This document shows positions 1 to 7,786 of a DNA stretch of 52,244 nt, piece after piece; the first letter of the stretch is position 1, and every line of letters starts with the position of its first letter. Source of the stretch: Minisyncoccota bacterium (GTDB taxonomy: Bacteria > Patescibacteriota > Minisyncoccia > Moranbacterales > UBA2206); NCBI GenBank assembly GCA_031291955.1, contig JARLIA010000012.1:1-52244 (forward strand), read 5' to 3'. The notes below the pieces were generated by a model. The model was not told where the DNA came from. It worked only from the letters and a program-made list of their open reading frames with translations, and did no database searches. Position numbers and translations under genes: made by a program.

Positions 1-132
1 ATCGGCATTGCAGACATCAGAGAAGCAGAAAGGCGACTCAATAGTCGTCCCAGAAAAACACTGGATTTTTACACTCCCTCAGAAAAGTTTTATCAACTAA
101 TTACAGATAGAAAAATTGCAATTAATTCTTGA
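1..132 (+). mobile_element. IS30-family transposase, C-terminal fragment (5' part lies outside the window)
   Basis: Frame +1 reads IGIADIREAERRLNSRPRKTLDFYTPSEKFYQLITDRKIAINS*. The LNxRPRK-x-L-x3-TP-x-E-x-F tail is the typical C-terminus of IS30 DDE transposases. Confidence 0.6.
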
Positions 133-159
133 ACCCAGTCTAGAAGTCAATTTTATTAT

Positions 160-190
160 CCCTCTCCCTCGTACTCGTGGCAGAGAGGGC
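160..190. repeat. Short copy of the CCCTCTC...GAGAGGG hairpin repeat family
   Basis: ccctctccctcgtactcgtggcagagagggc has the outer arms ccctctc/gagaggg and an inner CGTACTCG core, shared with 1257-1307 and 5018-5068. Confidence 0.6.
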
Positions 191-199
191 GCGGGTGAG

Positions 200-1231
200 T
201 TATTCTTTGTCTTCCAAAAACGGATCCGGCTCCGATTCGACGCCGGGATTTTCGAGTTTCATCCGTCGCCGGATGGCTTCGAGATAAGCGGAGTAACCCA
301 AAATACCAAAAATAATTACGCAGTACAAAAACCAGCGCGCCGCCTGGCAGACGTCAAAGATATACCAGAACGCGATGGCGGTAACGATCCAAAGGAGCGG
401 TGATTTCCAGCCGACTTTTTCTTTTTTATATTTCCGCCGCAGATCCTCAGAAAAAATCAGGAAAAATATTATCAAAGCCAAAACCCACGCCCACTCCGGC
501 CAGCCATGACATTGGGAAACTGACACGCCTTGAATCTCACCGGGTCCAGCAGCGTGAGCGACGTTTCCATCGCTGTTGCCGCTATTATTATCCGTCGGAT
601 TCTCATTGACTGTCCCGCCCAGCACCAGCGGTTTTCCAGTCGGCCCGGCGTTTGATCCGAGTCCGATCGCCGCGCCCAGCACATGCGTCGTGGAAGCATG
701 AGGGCCGGAATTATGGTCGTTGTCGCTGGAATGATGGCTGGAATGATGCGACGGGCCGGACGGAACACTGCCGGGAAAACCAAGCGCCAGATCAAACGCC
801 ATTGTCGCGTTCTGCAAATCATTGCCAGCTTCGGAACTGAAAAGCAAAACCAATTCATAATTTTTGGTCGCCCCGCCGGGAATGTTGGAAAAAGTGATTT
901 CCGAATTATCCAGCGCCGAAATTTTCTGGTCATTGCCGCAGCCCCAAAGACAATTGCCATTTCCGTCCGCAACTGAAAGATCCAAAGAATCGGCCAACGT
1001 TTTCGGATCAGCCGTGATGTTGAGTTGTAGTTGAAGGTCTTGGGTGTCATTGCTATTATTAGTAACCGTGATCGGCGCGGCGTATTCCCCGCCCGGCGCG
1101 GCGTTTTGAACATCAAAAAGCGGACTGGCGTAGTTCAACGAAAAAGCGCCGTCGCTCGTCGTCGCGGCCAAGACCCGCGGCGCCAAGATAATGGCGCCGA
1201 AAAATATTAAAAGTAAAATCAGTTTCTTCAT
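200..1231 (-). CDS. Secreted, membrane-anchored protein with a TasA/camelysin-like beta-rich region, a His/Ser linker and 3 C-terminal TM helices
   Basis: ORF 200-1309, started here at the internal ATG (1231) that gives the signal peptide MKKLILLLIFFGAIILAPRVLAATT; the upstream codons are read through the repeat at 1257-1307. It has a linker SHHSSHHSSDNDHNSGPH and a hydrophobic C-terminus. It is the last gene of the SipW operon. Confidence 0.7.
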   Translation of the reverse strand: MKKLILLLIFFGAIILAPRVLAATTSDGAFSLNYASPLFDVQNAAPGGEYAAPITVTNNSNDTQDLQLQLNITADPKTLADSLDLSVADGNGNCLWGCGNDQKISALDNSEITFSNIPGGATKNYELVLLFSSEAGNDLQNATMAFDLALGFPGSVPSGPSHHSSHHSSDNDHNSGPHASTTHVLGAAIGLGSNAGPTGKPLVLGGTVNENPTDNNSGNSDGNVAHAAGPGEIQGVSVSQCHGWPEWAWVLALIIFFLIFSEDLRRKYKKEKVGWKSPLLWIVTAIAFWYIFDVCQAARWFLYCVIIFGILGYSAYLEAIRRRMKLENPGVESEPDPFLEDKE

Positions 1232-1256
1232 ATTCCTATCTGATTTTTTTCCCCAT

Positions 1257-1307
1257 CCCTCTCCCCCGTACTCGGGGGAGATGTCACGTACTCGTGACAG
1301 AGAGGGC
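1257..1307. repeat. Full copy of the nested double-hairpin repeat (outer stem ccctctc/gagaggg; inner hairpins ctcccccg-TACT-cgggggag and gtcacg-TACT-cgtgac)
   Basis: Read directly. It is near-identical to 5018-5068. Confidence 0.8.
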
Positions 1308-1326
1308 AACGCTGCAATGCTGTTAA

Positions 1327-2601
1327 CTAATTCCCCGCCGACGCGCTGTCAAACGTCCGCTGAAAGTGCTGGCCGGCAGTCCAAGCGTGCGATCCCGTTT
1401 GGGTTCCGGTTCGCTGGCGGCTCTGCCATCCATTTTCCGACTGGTTCGCACCATTACCATCCGCCTTCCACTGCCCGCGGTGGTATCCGTCGGGCGCACC
1501 ATCGCCGGCTGGCGGATTGTCTTGGCTGATTCCGCCATTTTCAGGTGCTTCGGGCGGCGTGTTGGCGTCGGAATGATCTGATGTATTATTGCTTGCGTCG
1601 TCCGTTTTGTCCGGCATCTTATCTATCCAAAGCCCCAAGTTCTTCAGAAAATCTTCCGCGCACTGCGGATCGCCTTTTTTGTCAAAGCAAGCGTCCCGAT
1701 AATAATGCCGCATGAACCGATCACTATTCTTCTTCGTGTTTTTCGCGCCGGGCGTCGGTATCGGATCGATCCAATCTCCGGTCCCGTCCGGCACGCGGGC
1801 GATCGATTTTCCTTGGCGCACATCGGAAGCGGAATATTTATGCGAGTCGATCATGTTCCCGTCCGGATCATAAAGCGTCACCGTGTCGCCCGAATCATTC
1901 AATTTTGACCCGGAAAATTTGACTGCCAGAAAATCGCCCGGCTGGATCTTATAATCGCTCGGTCCCGCGTAAACATCCAGGCTGGATATTTTATATTTAT
2001 TTTCATTGCCGGAAGAAGACAGTTCGGAAATTTTCCAGTCGCGCATATCCACCTCTTGGCCGCCCAAATTATAAAATTCCACCCACTCACTGCCAATGGC
2101 CGGTTTGGGCATAATTTCATTCAGCGCCACCATCCAAGAAATGGAAAACTTATCGCTCTCGGCGGAAGCGGTCAGATCATGCGAATCGGTGGCCGTGATT
2201 TTTATTTTGCAGTGATCGGAAATATAATCGTTCGGTACGGTCCAAGCGTAATGGTCTGGCGCGTTACCGTCGGAATATTCTTCAATCGTCTTGGAATCCT
2301 TGTTGTCGCAGGAATATTCCAATTTCAAATCTTTGATGGTCGCGTCCGGATCGCTCGGCTGAACTTTCCATTTCAGATTTTGCGTTGAGCCGACTTGCCA
2401 CGTTTCGCCGCCCTTGGGCGCGTCAAACTTGATTGCCGGCTTCACCCACCATCCAGCCGAAACCAAAACCCCGTCCGTCTTGGCCGTGGCGGTGAAATAG
2501 GCATTCGTCCCGACCACCCGGCCAACATTCAGAGCGGCGTACGCCACAAACACGGCCGCCCCGATCCTGAATATTCTTTTTAAAATTGAAAATTTAGTCA
2601 T
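1327..2601 (-). CDS. Secreted lamin-tail-domain (LTD) protein with a SipW/TasA-type signal peptide
   Basis: The N-terminus ...AALNVGRVVGTNAYFTATA matches the SipW-dependent signal motif (A-Y-F-T/S). The central part SEWVEFYNLGGQEVDMRDWKI...GDFLAV...GDTVTLYDPDGNMIDSHKY fits the LTD signature. Confidence 0.75.
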   Translation of the reverse strand: MTKFSILKRIFRIGAAVFVAYAALNVGRVVGTNAYFTATAKTDGVLVSAGWWVKPAIKFDAPKGGETWQVGSTQNLKWKVQPSDPDATIKDLKLEYSCDNKDSKTIEEYSDGNAPDHYAWTVPNDYISDHCKIKITATDSHDLTASAESDKFSISWMVALNEIMPKPAIGSEWVEFYNLGGQEVDMRDWKISELSSSGNENKYKISSLDVYAGPSDYKIQPGDFLAVKFSGSKLNDSGDTVTLYDPDGNMIDSHKYSASDVRQGKSIARVPDGTGDWIDPIPTPGAKNTKKNSDRFMRHYYRDACFDKKGDPQCAEDFLKNLGLWIDKMPDKTDDASNNTSDHSDANTPPEAPENGGISQDNPPAGDGAPDGYHRGQWKADGNGANQSENGWQSRQRTGTQTGSHAWTAGQHFQRTFDSASAGN

Positions 2602-2641
2602 TGGAAATTGTTTGAAAATTGAAAATTGAAAATTGAAAATT
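2581..2641. repeat. GAAAATT-heptad element (core aaatttagtcattggaaattgtttgaaaattgaaaattgaaaattgaaaat)
   Basis: Tandem gaaaatt units follow the core gtcattggaaattgtttg. The same core occurs at 16878-16938, 30054-30124 and 52198-52244. This copy abuts the start codon at 2601. Confidence 0.8.
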
Positions 2642-3191
2642 ATTCTTCCGGCTTCTCCTCTTTTTTCTCCTTCCCTTTCTTCTTCCTCTCCATCATCACA
2701 CTGATCTCTTCTTTGATCTTGTTCAACTCGTCATAAATAATGATGACCGCCGGCACAATGATGAGAAGAATCAGCCCCGGCGTGGTTTTGGCGTATCCCA
2801 CCGGATAGCCGATCCACGGAAGATGCACCAATTCTTTGCCGATGATGTTGCTTTTGGGAAAGTTAGCTCCGTCCGGCGCGTTGTTGGCGTCGCCTTTGGT
2901 GTCGAAAATTTCCTGCTTGTTGACTTCTTTTTTACTGACGATCCGGTGAGTGATGGTCACTTTAGGATCCGAAGTGGTGCGGGTGATGATGTTGCCGACA
3001 AAATAGTCGGCTTCCGGTTTCACGAAAATAAGGCTCCCGGTTTTGATGGTTGGTTCCATCGAACCGGATTCCACCACAAAAATTTTATAGTTCCCCGGGA
3101 ACGGCATGAACGAGAAAATAACAAAGAGACCCAAGACAATTAAAAGCCCGAGGATAGTGTTGACGATGATTTTGAAAATTTTTCCTAGCAT
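2640..3191 (-). CDS. Signal peptidase I, ER/archaeal type (S26B, SipW-like)
   Basis: It has the Ser box SGSMEPT, His box ITHRIV and Asp box GDANNAPD, plus N- and C-terminal TM helices. This is the SipW architecture. Confidence 0.85.
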   Translation of the reverse strand: MLGKIFKIIVNTILGLLIVLGLFVIFSFMPFPGNYKIFVVESGSMEPTIKTGSLIFVKPEADYFVGNIITRTTSDPKVTITHRIVSKKEVNKQEIFDTKGDANNAPDGANFPKSNIIGKELVHLPWIGYPVGYAKTTPGLILLIIVPAVIIIYDELNKIKEEISVMMERKKKGKEKKEEKPEE

Positions 3192-3203
3192 ATGATTTTG
3201 TGA

Positions 3204-3416
3204 TTATTTTTCCATTGATTTTCTGACCGCTTCTAACATCTTCTCTCTTTCTATCTTGGCGCATTCCGGACACAGGCCATGGCTGGGCATATCTATGGCG
3301 CTTTCCATTTCGCCAAGACCCTTGCCGCAAACAGAACAAATTTTTCTGACCTTATAAACTTTCTTCTTTTCTTCCGGATTTTCCGCCGCGGGCATAAAAT
3401 TATTTTCTCCTATCAT
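3204..3416 (-). CDS. Small zinc-ribbon protein (CxxC...CxxC)
   Basis: 70 aa, with KICSVCGKG...GLCPECAK. It is tightly packed between a TasA-like gene and the peptidase. Confidence 0.55.
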   Translation of the reverse strand: MIGENNFMPAAENPEEKKKVYKVRKICSVCGKGLGEMESAIDMPSHGLCPECAKIEREKMLEAVRKSMEK

Positions 3417-3539
3417 TTTTTTTAATTAAACAAATTATTATTCAGTGGAATCATTTTAATCATGTGCGAATCAGTGGTTCAGACAGCATTTAACTTTCTC
3501 TATCGACCGCACCTTCGTGAGATGCGATCTAAGAGGAAA

Positions 3540-4133
3540 CTAGTACTGACTATTGTTCGTACCGTCAGTTTGATTAGTATACGCATTCAATGTCACATTA
3601 AGACTCCCCGTGACACTTGCATATTGAAATTGATTTCCAGTACCGTTTGGAAGGTCCAGGGTTATTGCTATAGATTGCGTACTATTTGGATCTAATTCCG
3701 GCGATGTGTAGCTGCTCAAATCAGCGCTTCTAAAGTTCACCAGAGGCTGATCAACGATAATTGAATTGCCGTTATTGATTGATATGCTATGAACCATAAG
3801 TACCGTCGACAAATATCCATGACTCGCAGAGTTGTTAGGGTCGGTGCCTTGCCGGTTATCCGTCACATTAAGCGAATTAAATGTCAAATACCCTTTCAAA
3901 TTCCCCGTATTTTCGACAGTATAGTTAACCGTCTGACTCCAGCCAGGATAGATATTACTGATAGTAAATGGGCTTGAACTGCCCTGACCGGTTGAGAGGC
4001 TTAAATTCACATATCCTGATTCAAATGTCCCACTGGCAGTGGCTTGCGCGCTGAATGAAGCGTAAGTCGCGCCGCTGGCCACAACCACCGCGGCTGTGAT
4101 AACCACCAGGCTTTTAATAATTCTCATTTTCAT
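3540..4133 (-). CDS. TasA/camelysin-family protein with a SipW-dependent signal peptide
   Basis: The N-terminus is MKMRIIKSLVVITAAVVVASGATYASFSAQATASGTFESG. The mature part is beta-rich and Asn/Thr/Ser-rich (ISNIYPGWSQTVNYTVENTGN). Confidence 0.8.
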   Translation of the reverse strand: MKMRIIKSLVVITAAVVVASGATYASFSAQATASGTFESGYVNLSLSTGQGSSSPFTISNIYPGWSQTVNYTVENTGNLKGYLTFNSLNVTDNRQGTDPNNSASHGYLSTVLMVHSISINNGNSIIVDQPLVNFRSADLSSYTSPELDPNSTQSIAITLDLPNGTGNQFQYASVTGSLNVTLNAYTNQTDGTNNSQY

Positions 4134-4240
4134 AGATTTTTAATTTTAATTTTTTATGTTGATTAGTAGCCTTTAGGCGGCTTGGACCTCGACCTGATTT
4201 TTTTGCGAACTCGGGCTTCAAGAGTTTCCTCGCTCCGCTT

Positions 4241-4298
4241 GTTACGTAATGATGTACGTAATTAATTACGTAACTAATTACGTAACTAATTACGTAAC
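4241..4298. repeat. Array of TTACGTAA-type palindromic motifs
   Basis: gttacgtaatgatgtacgtaattaattacgtaactaattacgtaactaattacgtaac lies in the intergenic region upstream of the TasA-like gene 3540-4133. Confidence 0.8.
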
Positions 4299-4322
4299 AA
4301 AGAGAGATTGGACTACCAACGA

Positions 4323-4868
4323 TTAGTGAGTGCCAGTGTTGTCATTATCATAAGCCTTGGCGCCAACATTCAGACTAAATGAACAAGTTTTTCCTTGAAG
4401 CGTGCTTTGGTCTGTCCCGTCATTAGGCAAACAAACCCTAACTGAAACATCTTGTGATTTATCGGGAGCGATAGTTACGCCCGACAAACTATTATCCGTT
4501 GTAATGTTTAGAGCATCGCACAAAGCGCCATTGTCTTTGCTTGGAGCAATCGTTAAGTCTCTCGCTGTTAGACTTCCGGTATTTTTAACCGTAATCTTTC
4601 CGGTTTCACAGTTGCCGGGCTGCGCGTTGTTGACATCGATTTTGGCACTTCCATGACAATCGTCCCAATCATGGTTATACATCACGCCGCCAAAAAAACC
4701 CGGGTTGTGATGAGTGCAATCATTGCCGTCAATCGAAATTTTTAGCGTACCGGTTGAAAAAGTATTTCCAGTCGATGTTGCACTGGCGGAAAAATACGCG
4801 TAAGTCGCACCTCCCGCCACCGCCGCTACGGCCATGACGAGCACCAAACTCTTTATAATTGTTTTCAT
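4323..4868 (-). CDS. TasA/camelysin-family protein with a SipW-dependent signal peptide
   Basis: The N-terminus is MKTIIKSLVLVMAVAAVAGGATYAYFSASATSTGNTFSTGTLKISID, a textbook SipW-class signal. It also has PGNCETGKITVKNTGS. Confidence 0.85.
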   Translation of the reverse strand: MKTIIKSLVLVMAVAAVAGGATYAYFSASATSTGNTFSTGTLKISIDGNDCTHHNPGFFGGVMYNHDWDDCHGSAKIDVNNAQPGNCETGKITVKNTGSLTARDLTIAPSKDNGALCDALNITTDNSLSGVTIAPDKSQDVSVRVCLPNDGTDQSTLQGKTCSFSLNVGAKAYDNDNTGTH

Positions 4869-5017
4869 AATTTTTCTTTGATTATTTGTTTAATTGATTA
4901 ATTATTATTGTCCCCCAAGATTTTTCCGGAAACCTCCTTCGAGAAAAATCCAGCGGGATAATTCCTGGCACTTAGGCAGCCCGCGCCATCGACCTAACAA
5001 ATTAAATTATTCCTCAT

Positions 5018-5068
5018 CCCTCTCCCCCGTACTCGGGGGAGATGTCGCGTACTCGTGACAGAGAGGGC
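5018..5068. repeat. Full copy of the nested double-hairpin repeat
   Basis: ccctctcccccgtactcgggggagatgtcgcgtactcgtgacagagagggc differs by one base from 1257-1307. The change turns a pair into G:T in hairpin 2. Confidence 0.8.
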
Positions 5069-5084
5069 AACTCCGCAACTCCGA

Positions 5085-5125
5085 TCCCTCTCCCCAACCC
5101 CCTCCCGAGTATGGGCGAGGGGGCA
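5085..5125. repeat. Variant hairpin repeat (ccccctc-ccgagtatgggc-gaggggg)
   Basis: ccctctccccaaccccctcccgagtatgggcgagggggc lies directly next to the full copy. Confidence 0.6.
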
Positions 5126-5569
5126 ATTCCATTTCCCCGTAGACAAATGAAAAAACCGATTACCGCTCACCATTAAAAATAAATAGCGAACCGTAATCGG
5201 CCTTCTAAAAAGAAACCATTCCTTTCGGACAGAAAGAATAATTTTTTCACCCGTATTTTTGACGGCTCTCCTTTGCCGTCTTTTTGTTATTGATTTATTT
5301 TGACTTTTTTTCCCCGAACAAACAAAAAACCGGCCGGAACACACCAACGCAAAAAATGCGTCAAAGGTTCAGGTCGGTTTTGCCATTCGACTCCCCGCGC
5401 GTACATGGGCAACCAGGCGATTCAGAAAAATCTATCATCTCCCGGCGCGGATCATTGTCCCCTATATGCAATTGTTTTTTGATTCTTGAGTCCATTATGG
5501 CAGACTGTCAGAGATTGTCAACAAAACTTATCCACCGTTTTGGCTTGACAAAGCGGAAAAATATGCCAT

Positions 5570-5599
5570 AAAAAAATCCCCGCACTTTCGAGTGCGGGG
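5570..5599 (-). terminator. Rho-independent terminator of 5626-6039
   Basis: The stem is ccccgcac/gtgcgggg with a 6-nt loop, followed on the minus strand by a T-run. Confidence 0.75.
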
Positions 5600-5625
5600 T
5601 TGGCCGGAACGCGGCGGCGGAAGGA

Positions 5626-6039
5626 TTAGGTCTTGTGCAATATTGCCAGGATCCTTTCCGAAGCGGCAACTATTTCCGGCGCATATTCTTCCGGCTTTAA
5701 CGATATGACTGGCCTAGCCGGCAGAGGGGCGGACTTGGGCAAGAGAATCTTAACTTTCTTTTTCGGCCGGACAACCGGAGGCTTGGCGACCGGTTGGAAT
5801 CTTTTTAAAAATTCAGGATCATCGACCCCCATGGCTTTGAGAAACCATTTCACCTCGTAATCGCTGAATCCGGCTTCCGACAAATAACTCCCAGGTGACA
5901 GGTCCTGCTTCCCGACGAACTTTTCCACCGCTTCTCCAAGCGTGGAATTATCCTCGAGTTGATAATTACAAATCTGGCGATAATGGCTAAGTTCCAAACA
6001 ATGAACCAATTTCAATCTGACCTCATCTTCCTGATTCAT
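5626..6039 (-). CDS. Hypothetical protein
   Basis: 137-aa ORF with GGAGGGAG 6 nt upstream of the ATG and its own terminator. No recognisable motif. Confidence 0.6.
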   Translation of the reverse strand: MNQEDEVRLKLVHCLELSHYRQICNYQLEDNSTLGEAVEKFVGKQDLSPGSYLSEAGFSDYEVKWFLKAMGVDDPEFLKRFQPVAKPPVVRPKKKVKILLPKSAPLPARPVISLKPEEYAPEIVAASERILAILHKT

Positions 6040-6220
6040 TCAATCTCCCTCCATTTAAAGATCTAAAATTTGCTTCTCATCTTATCAGACAAATCCCGCC
6101 GCGTCAAACAGGCAAAGATAATTTGGCATAAAATTCGAATTTTTGCGTTATAAAAGACAAGGCTCCTGGAAAAAGGTTTTTTGTTTACAACCAAAAATCA
6201 TCTCCGCTTTCGGTTTCTAG

Positions 6221-6381
6221 GAGCCTGTCTTGAAAGTCACTTTCGTCGCGAGGGTTTCAAAATTCGAGCGAAAAACTTGAAGAGCGAGGAGAGCTATTCG
6301 GAGAGTAACACGACGAGCTCTGAAAGTTTTGCAGCCGAATTTTGAAAGCCGCAGCAGAAAACGGACTTTCAAGACAGGCTC
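6221..6381. repeat. About 160-nt long imperfect hairpin / MITE-like inverted repeat
   Basis: The terminal arms gagcctgtcttgaaagtc (6221-6238) and gactttcaagacaggctc (6364-6381) are perfect 18-bp complements. Inner pairs tttcaaaattcg/cgaattttgaaa extend the stem. Confidence 0.7.
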
Positions 6382-6451
6382 TAATATAGAAGCCGGCAGT
6401 GGGGACAAGTTTATATAAATTATAAACACCATCACACAAGGAGGAAAAATT

Positions 6452-6832
6452 ATGCGTAACAATTCAGATCCTGGACCTATTAGATTTTCCGCGATAGTTC
6501 TCTGCGGCGCCCTGCTCGGATTCTGCCTGCTCGGCAGTCTCCCGGCCCGCGCCGCCGGAGAAAATAACCCTCCAGGTACAATCGTTCTCACCGGGAAAAT
6601 ATCCTTCACAAACAACGATTTGGCCATCACTAAAAACGGCGAGCAAGTGAATCTTATTCCGATCGAATTACTGAAGACGTACAACCCGTCTTTCCCGAAG
6701 ATGAGAGCCGTGATTAACGGTAAGGAAGTGAAGGAAATAATCGCGCCACCATGGGGGAATGATTGCCGAGAAACATATTCCTTTACGGTGTCGCAAAGCG
6801 AATATCAATTTTTCTTCCCATTCTGCCGCTAG
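6452..6832 (+). CDS. Secreted hypothetical protein
   Basis: RBS AAGGAGG lies 7 nt before the ATG. The signal peptide is ...IVLCGALLGFCLLGSLPARAAGE. A GC hairpin plus T-run follows downstream. Confidence 0.65.
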   Translation: MRNNSDPGPIRFSAIVLCGALLGFCLLGSLPARAAGENNPPGTIVLTGKISFTNNDLAITKNGEQVNLIPIELLKTYNPSFPKMRAVINGKEVKEIIAPPWGNDCRETYSFTVSQSEYQFFFPFCR

Positions 6833-7043
6833 CCCCCAATCCCCGGCCGCAAAGCACTGCTTCGCGAGCCGGGTTTTTTCCCCGCTTGCGCGCCTCTTTA
6901 CAAATTGGCATAATCATGCTAAGGTGTTTTGTTGTCCTTTAAAAACTACCCTGATTCCTCTTTTGATTTTTTTTGTTTTTTAAAAATATCAGAAGTGGAA
7001 TCGAGGGAAATATTGCAATAAAATTATCAACGAGGAGGAAACA

Positions 7044-7499
7044 ATGAGCAGCTACGATTGCCAGGACTGGCCCGAAGAAAAAACCGAGAATGGATTGGGG
7101 AAAACATGGCGGATTATTTTAATTTTGGCGCTCGTCTTGATCATCGGACTTCTGCTGTTGGGGATCGTCAATCGTGTCGGCGCCCAAGAGTTGCCGACGT
7201 ACACGCTTATTCATGTCGAATCGGGATTGAGGATCTACAAAGTCGGAGCTGCAAAACATGACTGGGGAAGATTATATTTTCCCAGGAGCAGCGGGATGAT
7301 TTTCAAGCTCGACAACGACGAGCAAGAAGTCTTTTTCTCCGAAAAAGTTCTCTCGCGCAACACTATCATCAATAAAAAGTATTTAAGCAATGTGCCGGTT
7401 ATTTTATTGGTGGTAGAAGATTCTAGAAAAAAGTATTCTATTTCGTATGAATTATACACACAGGACGCGTGCGCCGCGTATATGTTAAGCGGCCCCTGA
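7044..7499 (+). CDS. Single-pass membrane hypothetical protein
   Basis: RBS GAGGAGG lies before the ATG. The TM helix is WRIILILALVLIIGLLLLGIV. Confidence 0.6.
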   Translation: MSSYDCQDWPEEKTENGLGKTWRIILILALVLIIGLLLLGIVNRVGAQELPTYTLIHVESGLRIYKVGAAKHDWGRLYFPRSSGMIFKLDNDEQEVFFSEKVLSRNTIINKKYLSNVPVILLVVEDSRKKYSISYELYTQDACAAYMLSGP

Positions 7500-7786
7500 C
7501 CAATAACCCACCTCCGCGCGAACAATCGCCCGGCTTGTCGAATCTTTCGGCGGCCGGGCTTTTTATCCTTAAAAATATTTTCCAATCAAAAATCCCGCCG
7601 AACGGGATTGTTGATTAATTGGCTTAACTTTTAGTTAAGGGAAAGATAAGGATTTCTTATCTTTGTTTTTTGTTTTTTGAGTCTCAAGTTTTCACTTGGG
7701 ACTTTTTTGATATTGGTATTGGTTTTTGTTTTTATCCCCTACCGTCCGAACTCCAGTATTTGAAAGTCCGAAGGGTAAGGGACAAG

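Noticed and set aside
2581-2641. Tandem heptad, palindromic and TTACGTAA arrays considered as CRISPR arrays.
   Set aside because: The units are 7-12 nt with no unique spacers of 25-40 nt, and there are no cas genes in the window. They are not CRISPR.
4994-5347. 117-aa ORF across the hairpin repeats (likewise 116-403 and 1191-1529).
   Set aside because: The translation is made from repeat sequence (…GVGERDRSCGVALSVTSTRHLPRVRGRG…). There is no RBS, and the ORFs overlap structured repeats or better-supported genes.
6217-6684. 155-aa minus-strand ORF.
   Set aside because: It runs through the 160-nt hairpin element and is antisense to the well-supported secreted-protein gene 6452-6832, which has an RBS and a signal peptide.
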